Position numbers and translations under genes: made by a program | From: an uncultured bacterium | GTDB lineage: Bacteria > Desulfobacterota > Deferrimicrobia > Deferrimicrobiales > Deferrimicrobiaceae | Reading direction: 5' to 3' | DNA: 64,000 nucleotides | Assembly: GCA_963764045.1 (NCBI GenBank) | Contig: CAVXQW010000007.1 | Span: 67,595 to 131,594, forward strand | The notes under the pieces: model-generated | What the model was told of the DNA's origin: nothing | The model's input: the letters and a program-made list of their open reading frames with translations, nothing else | Database searches by the model: none | Part shown: one piece after another, positions 58,719 to 64,000 of the stretch | How the letters are laid out: every line of letters begins with the position of its first letter | Position numbering within the stretch: position 1 is the first letter of the stretch

Positions 58719-60182
58719 TTGTCACCTGTCGGTTCGTTGCGGACATCCCTTTTCCTCGCCCTTATCGCGTCGATCCTCTTCGCTGGGGCGACCGGCTGTT
58801 CTACCAGCACCGGGGACAGTTCCATCGCGGTGCAGCTGGTCTACCCGTCGCCGCCGGGCGCCGCCGCCGCCGCGCGCGCGTCGGTCCGCGCGCCGTCGTA
58901 TGCCACGGACCCGGCCGACCTGATCCGGATCCGCGTCCTCGCCCCGCACTTCGCGCCGATCGAGAAATGGTTCCACCGCTCCGACGGCCACGGCGAGATC
59001 GGCGGGATCCCCCCCGGCGCGCGGATCGCCGTCGAGGTGGACGAGTACGACAATACGGCGATCGCCTCCGTCAACCCCGTCATCGCCGCCCCGCTGCTGG
59101 GCCGGGGATGGTACGACGGCATCACCCTCTCCCCGGGCGAGGTGAAGTCGGTCCCCGTCGCGATGTACGCCAGGGGGACGATCGTCACCGTCTGCGGCGC
59201 ACCGGCGTCGGGCGGCTCGGGAACCTCCGGGGACAACACGACCGACGGGATCCTCGCCGTCGGTGCGTATCTCGGGAACCCGACCGCCGTCAAGGCCGGC
59301 CCCGACGACTCGATCTACGTCTCCTCTTCCGCGTTCGGAAAGGTGAAGCGGATCGACCGGTACGGGTACCTTTCCGATTTCGCGGGAAACGGCACCCACG
59401 GGGCCATCACGCCCGGGGCGTCCGCCGCTTCCGCCCCGATCGGCGCCGTCTCCGACATCGACATCGACCCGATCGGGAACCTCTACCTCTACAACGACTG
59501 GAACCAGATCGTCCGAATCGACAACGGCGTGGTGAACAAGGTCATGTACGACAATGGAGTCTTCAAACTCGGCGGCCCGGTTCAACCTCGCCGTCGTGAA
59601 CGTCGATCTCGTCTACTTCGTGAACTACCTCGACCCGCGGGTGTACCGGTTGATCGGCACATCGAAATCCGAGTTCGTGACCGACAACCTGCCGTACTCG
59701 ACCACGGAACCGATCAACCGGTTCAACTACCCCTGCGGGCGCCGTCGTCCATCACCTATGCGTCGATGAGCGACTCCCTGATCTTCGCGGACACCGACAA
59801 CGACCGGATCATGCGGTTGTCTTTCTCGGACTTGAACATCTACTATCTTGTCGCCAACGCGGGGGGGACCCGTTTTTCCGAAGGGATCGACCCGCTGGCG
59901 ATGGCGCCGTTAAAGCCGAGGGTGGTCGATTACAACCCGATCACGGGGAAGATCTTCTTCGTCGAGGGGTCGAGCAACCGGGTGTTGTACGTCGACGCGG
60001 CGGGGAAAGTGCGTTTGCTTGCCGGCACCGGGAGCGCCGGGTTCTCCGGCGACGGCGGCCCCGCGACGGCCGCCGGGTTGAACGACCCGCGGGCGATCGC
60101 GGTCGACTCCCGCGGCAACGCCTATATAGCGGACTACGGCAACCACGTAATTCGGATGATCGTTGGTGGTGCATTGCCTTAG
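58719..60182 (+). CDS. NHL-repeat lipoprotein; compensated double frameshift
   Basis: ORF 58719..60182. TTG start 5 nt after GGAGG, lipobox ATGC. C-terminal NHL repeats (GSAGFSGDGGPATAAGLNDPRAIAVDSRGNAYIADYGNHVIRMI). Residues ~59560..59745 read better in ORF 59554..59769. Confidence 0.7.
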   Translation: MSPVGSLRTSLFLALIASILFAGATGCSTSTGDSSIAVQLVYPSPPGAAAAARASVRAPSYATDPADLIRIRVLAPHFAPIEKWFHRSDGHGEIGGIPPGARIAVEVDEYDNTAIASVNPVIAAPLLGRGWYDGITLSPGEVKSVPVAMYARGTIVTVCGAPASGGSGTSGDNTTDGILAVGAYLGNPTAVKAGPDDSIYVSSSAFGKVKRIDRYGYLSDFAGNGTHGAITPGASAASAPIGAVSDIDIDPIGNLYLYNDWNQIVRIDNGVVNKVMYDNGVFKLGGPVQPRRRERRSRLLRELPRPAGVPVDRHIEIRVRDRQPAVLDHGTDQPVQLPLRAPSSITYASMSDSLIFADTDNDRIMRLSFSDLNIYYLVANAGGTRFSEGIDPLAMAPLKPRVVDYNPITGKIFFVEGSSNRVLYVDAAGKVRLLAGTGSAGFSGDGGPATAAGLNDPRAIAVDSRGNAYIADYGNHVIRMIVGGALP

Positions 60183-60378
60183 TCCGCCAGCTTGTGGGTT
60201 GTGGGCGAGGGACACTCCTCCAACCGTAGTACCGACAACCTCCAGGAATGTCCCTCGAAAGCGCCTGCACCTCAAAGAGATTCCCCCCTGCCGTACCTTC
60301 CGCTGAGAAAACCCCTCTGTGGCTGGTGTCGCTGGTCTCGGCGGCGGCGCGTTGCCGTAGGAGGCGGGCGGCTCACCC

Positions 60379-60408
60379 TTCGGCTGCGCCGCCTGCGGAG
60401 GGCGGGGC
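60379..60408 (-). repeat. partial inverted copy of the Y-module 3-prime arm (copy E)
   Basis: TTCGGCTGCGCCGCCTGCGGAGGGCGGGGC matches the reverse complement of 34179..34208, apart from one extra base. Confidence 0.55.
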
Positions 60409-60581
60409 GCAGTGCGGTGAAGCGCCCCGCTGCCTAGACGGACATGCGCCCCCTCGGCGGACGCTCCGCCGAGAGAGAACGGGTCGCACCGCCGAGCGGG
60501 ATCGACAGCACGGCGGAGGGCGCAGCGGAGTGGAAGCCCCTCGCGAGCCCGGGAGCACTTAGTGGAGCGCGTGTAGGTGAG

Positions 60582-61337
60582 CTACCGGGCTTTCGCCCGG
60601 GCGCGGAGGATCGAGACGACCGCGTAGGTGATCAGGACCGCGGAGACGACCTGCGACTCGGAGAAGGGGCCGACGAAGCCGCGGGGGTCGTCGCGGAAGA
60701 TCTCGAAGAACGCCCGCGCCGCGCCGTAGAGGATCAGCATCGTCCAGAAGCGCATCCCGGGCGTCTTGAACCGGTCCCGCGTGGCGTAGAGGAAGCCGAA
60801 GATGGCGAACCCCCCGATCGCCTCGTAGATCTGCGTCGGGTGGAGCGGGACGTTCAGGGGCGCGAGGCAGGCGGGGTCGGTGAAGGTGATCGCCCAGGGG
60901 AGGGTGGTCGGCTTCCCGAAGCAGCATCCGGCCGATGTGCAGCCGAGCCGCCCGAACGCGAGCCCGAGCACGATCCCGAGCGACGACGCGTCGGCCACCG
61001 GCAGGAACGGCATCCGGTTCCTCCGGAGGAACACGACGCAGGCCGCCGTCGCGGCGATGAACCCGCCGTAGAAGACCAGCCCGCCGTTCCACAATTTGAG
61101 GATCTCCCAGGGCGCCTCCGCGTATTGCCGCCAGTAGACGAGGACGTGGAAGAGCCTCGCCCCCGCGATGGCGGAGAGAACCACCCAGAACCCCATGTCG
61201 AGGAACTTCTCGCGGTCGAGCCCCATGCGGGCGATCTCCCGGCCGGAGACCCACAGGGCGGAGAGGAAGCCGATCGCGACGAAGACGCCGTACGAATAGA
61301 CCTTGAGGCTACCGATCTGCAGCAGGACGGGATGCAT
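60582..61337 (-). CDS. lgt: prolipoprotein diacylglyceryl transferase
   Basis: Intact 251-aa ORF. GGLVFYGG, GRLGC and HPTQIYE are present. Confidence 0.95.
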   Translation of the reverse strand: MHPVLLQIGSLKVYSYGVFVAIGFLSALWVSGREIARMGLDREKFLDMGFWVVLSAIAGARLFHVLVYWRQYAEAPWEILKLWNGGLVFYGGFIAATAACVVFLRRNRMPFLPVADASSLGIVLGLAFGRLGCTSAGCCFGKPTTLPWAITFTDPACLAPLNVPLHPTQIYEAIGGFAIFGFLYATRDRFKTPGMRFWTMLILYGAARAFFEIFRDDPRGFVGPFSESQVVSAVLITYAVVSILRARAKAR

Positions 61338-61830
61338 CCCCGGGCTCCTTCGGCGAGACCACCATGTCGATCATGAGCAGGACGACGCCCACGGTGATCC
61401 CGACGTCCGCCACGTTGAAGGTGGGCCAGTGGTGGTTGCGCCAGTACAGGTCGAGGAAGTCGACGACGAACCCCAGCCTCGCCCGGTCGATCAGGTTCCC
61501 GATCGCCCCGCCGAGGATGAGCCCCAGGCCCACCGGCGCCGCCCCCCTGCACGGGAGGTACGCGATGTAGGCGAGCACCGCCCCCATCGCGAGCAGCGTT
61601 ACGAGGATCAGGAGCGGGTGGACCCAGCGGGGATCGAGGTTCGAAAGCAGGCTGAAGGCGACCCCCGTGTTGCGCACGTGCACCAGGCCGAAAAGACCGG
61701 GCACGATTTCGCGGAGCTCGAACAGGGGGAGGTTGCGCACCGCCCAGATCTTGGTCGCCTGGTCGACGGCGCCGAGCAGGATCGCCGAGACGAGAGGCAC
61801 CGAAAATTTCCGCAGGAAGGTTACAGGCAC
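61309..61830 (-). CDS. lspA: lipoprotein signal peptidase II
   Basis: 173-aa ORF with a GTG start. NTGVAFS, GNLIDR and FNVADVGI are present. Its 3-prime end overlaps the lgt start by 29 nt. Confidence 0.9.
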   Translation of the reverse strand: MPVTFLRKFSVPLVSAILLGAVDQATKIWAVRNLPLFELREIVPGLFGLVHVRNTGVAFSLLSNLDPRWVHPLLILVTLLAMGAVLAYIAYLPCRGAAPVGLGLILGGAIGNLIDRARLGFVVDFLDLYWRNHHWPTFNVADVGITVGVVLLMIDMVVSPKEPGDASRPAADR

Positions 61831-61844
61831 GCCGTCACTTCCCC

Positions 61845-64000
61845 ACGGCGGTTGCGCAACGCTGGCAAAGCTCCGGGGCTCCGGCGAGCGTTCCCACCTC
61901 GGGCGTGTGGTTCCAGCACCGTTCGCATTTTCCCCACGGCGCCTTTTCCACCGCGACCTTCAGCCCCGGGAAGGCGGCTGCTCTCGTACGCCCCGGCGCC
62001 GGCCACCTCGCCCACGACGATCCCCGAGACGATCAGCGCGTCGCGGATCTCCCGGGCGTGCGTTTCGAAGAGGTCCGCGAAGGGTCCCGGTGCGATCGTG
62101 ACGAGTGCGTCCTGTCCGCTGCCGATCGCCTTCTCCCTTCGCGCCGCCTCAAGCGGCTGCGCGACTTCCGAACGCAGCTCGAGTATCCGCTGCCAGCGGG
62201 CCGCGATCGCCTCCGCGTCCGGGATCCCCCGGGGTTCCGGGAGGTCCGAGAGGAAGACGCTTTCCGGTTTTCCCGGGTACCCGGGGAGGTATCCCCACGC
62301 CTCTTCCGTGGTGAACGACAGCACGGGAGCCGTCAGTGACAGCAGCCCCCGGGCGATTTCGAAGATCGCCGTCTGCGCGGAGCGTCGCGCCGGGTCCCCG
62401 GCGGGCGAGCAGTACATCCGGTCCTTCAGCACGTTCAGGTAGAACGACGACATGTCCACGGAGCAGAAGTTGTTGACCGCGTGGAAGAGGACGTGAAACT
62501 CGTACTCCTCGTACGCATTGCGCACCTTCGACGCCAGCCCGTCGAACAGCACGAGGGCGTACCGGTCGATCTCCTCCATCCGCTCGACCGGCACCGCGTC
62601 CCGCGCCGGGTCGAAGTCGCTCAGGCTCGCCAGAAGGTAGCGGATCGTGTTGCGGACCTTCCGGTACGCCTCCGTCAGCCGGTCGAGGATGTCTTTCGAC
62701 AACCGGATGTCGTCCCGGTAATCCTCGGCGGCGACCCACAGCCGGAGCAGCTCCGCCCCGTTCTTCTTGATGATCTCCTCCGGGGCGATCACGTTCCCCT
62801 TCGATTTGTGCATCGCCTCGCCCTTGCCGTCGACGACGAACCCGTGCGTCAGCACCCCGCGGTACGGCGGGACGCCGCGCGTTCCGACGGCGGCGAGGAG
62901 GGAGGAGTGGAACCAGCCGCGGTGCTGGTCGGAACCTTCGAGGTAGAGGTCCACGGGAACGCCCAGGTTCTCCTTTCCCTCGCAGACGCATGCGTAGGAG
63001 ACGCCGGAGTCGAACCAGACGTCGAGGATGTCGGTCTCCTTGCCGAACGCCGTCCCGCCGCATTCCGGGCAGGACGTTCCCGCCGGGAGCAGTTCCGACA
63101 CGCTCCGGTCGAACCAGGCATCGGCCCCTTCCTTCTCGAAGAAGCCCGCCACGTGATCGACGAGTTTCCGGTCGAGCAGGTGATGTCCGCACCCCTCGCA
63201 CCGGAACAGGGCGATCGGCACGCCCCAGGTGCGCTGGCGCGAGATGCACCAGTCGGGGCGATTGGCGATCATCCCCTCGATCCGCTCCTGCCCCCAGCCC
63301 GGGATCCAGCGCACGGTCCGGATCCCGGCGAGCGCCTTCTCCCGCAGGCCGGTCCGGTCCATCGAGATGAACCACTGCTTCGTCGCCCGGAAGATGACGG
63401 GGCTCTTGCAGCGCCAGCAGTGCGGGTAGGAGTGCGTGATCTCCCTGCGGGACATCAGCGCGCCGACCTCGGCGAGCTTTTCGTTCACCTTCGGGTTCGC
63501 GTCGAACACCCGCTCTCCCGCGAAGAACGGGACGTCCGCGGTGAAGCGGCCCTCGTCGTCCAGCGGGGCGAGGATCGGCAGGCCGTACTTGAGCCCCGTC
63601 TCGTAATCCTCGCGTCCGTGGCCGGGCGCGGTGTGGACGCACCCGGTCCCCGCCTCGAGCGTCACGTAGTCGGCCAGGACGATGAGGGAATCGCGGTCGG
63701 CGAACGGGTGCCGGCACCGCATCCGCTCGAGGGGCCCGGCGCGGAACGTGGCGAGGGTCGTCGGGGAGGAAAGACCCGTCTCGGCCGCGAACCGTTCCGC
63801 AAGCCCCTCGGCGACGACGTACACCTCGCCGCCCGCCTCGAGCGCGACGTAATCGAAGTCGGGATGGAGCGCGATCCCGAGGTTGGCCGGGATCGTCCAC
63901 GGGGTGGTCGTCCAGATGACGAAGAAGACCTTCTTCCCCGCAAGCGCCGGGTGGATCCTCTCGGGCGGCTCCGCGAAGGGGAACTTCACGTGGATGGAGG
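61845..64000 (-). CDS. ileS: isoleucine--tRNA ligase, partial (5-prime end beyond the window); apparent frameshift in the last 30 codons
   Basis: ORF 61821..63989 (TTPWTIPAN, HKSKGNVI). After removing one T from the TTTT run at 61928..61931, the tail becomes the expected zinc-finger end GKCERCWNHTPEVG...LCQRCATAVGK, with a stop at 61845..61847. Confidence 0.9.

Overview
GC-rich (judged by eye, not computed) chromosomal segment from a diderm bacterium. It is mostly core and housekeeping genes: about 60 protein-coding genes. I recognised no rRNA, tRNA, CRISPR array, transposase or integrase.

Gene blocks, left to right:
- Operon of a DUF6502-like regulator and two DUF5666/DUF4382-type lipoproteins (minus strand)
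- metX, an OmpA-like lipoprotein and an HD hydrolase
- Class II aldolase-like gene coupled to a tungsten-type aldehyde:ferredoxin oxidoreductase
- ampG, a second DUF5666 lipoprotein, and an NTF2-like gene overlapping rmuC
- mlaEFD followed by a ChaN-PDZ lipoprotein
- Holin-like membrane protein with a beta-CASP RNase
- Complete caa3-type oxidase cluster (SCO, coxBACD, ctaAB)
- PfkB kinase and a ClpA-like AAA+ protein
- RpfC-like hybrid kinase convergent with an RpfF-like DSF synthase, plus a hotdog thioesterase
- TetR-MFP-RND-OMF efflux operon
- Flagellar regulatory node: fliA, a hybrid kinase, a sigma-54 activator and a flgM-like gene
- hisC with a second aminotransferase
- Lipoprotein, GNAT, MshA-like GT4 and ino1
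- ACT-malic enzyme, plsY, glnB-glnA, an NHL lipoprotein, and lgt-lspA-ileS

Most interesting observations:
1. The DSF-type rpfF/rpfC pair sits in a non-Xanthomonas-like context, and a perfect sigma-28 consensus promoter lies in front of rpfC.
2. Textbook sigma-54 promoters precede fliA and glnB.
3. A family of about 114-bp hairpin-forming intergenic repeats is present, one copy carrying a nested second repeat.
4. An ino1/MshA-like/GNAT cluster is present.
5. The aldolase-like protein has a Cys-rich insert and is translationally coupled to the oxidoreductase.

Major caveat: at least 20 genes, including essential ones, need 1-nt frame corrections to give full-length proteins, often at short homopolymers. 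This looks like assembly indel error rather than biology. All gene extents that span a frameshift are my own reconstructions from the six-frame track.
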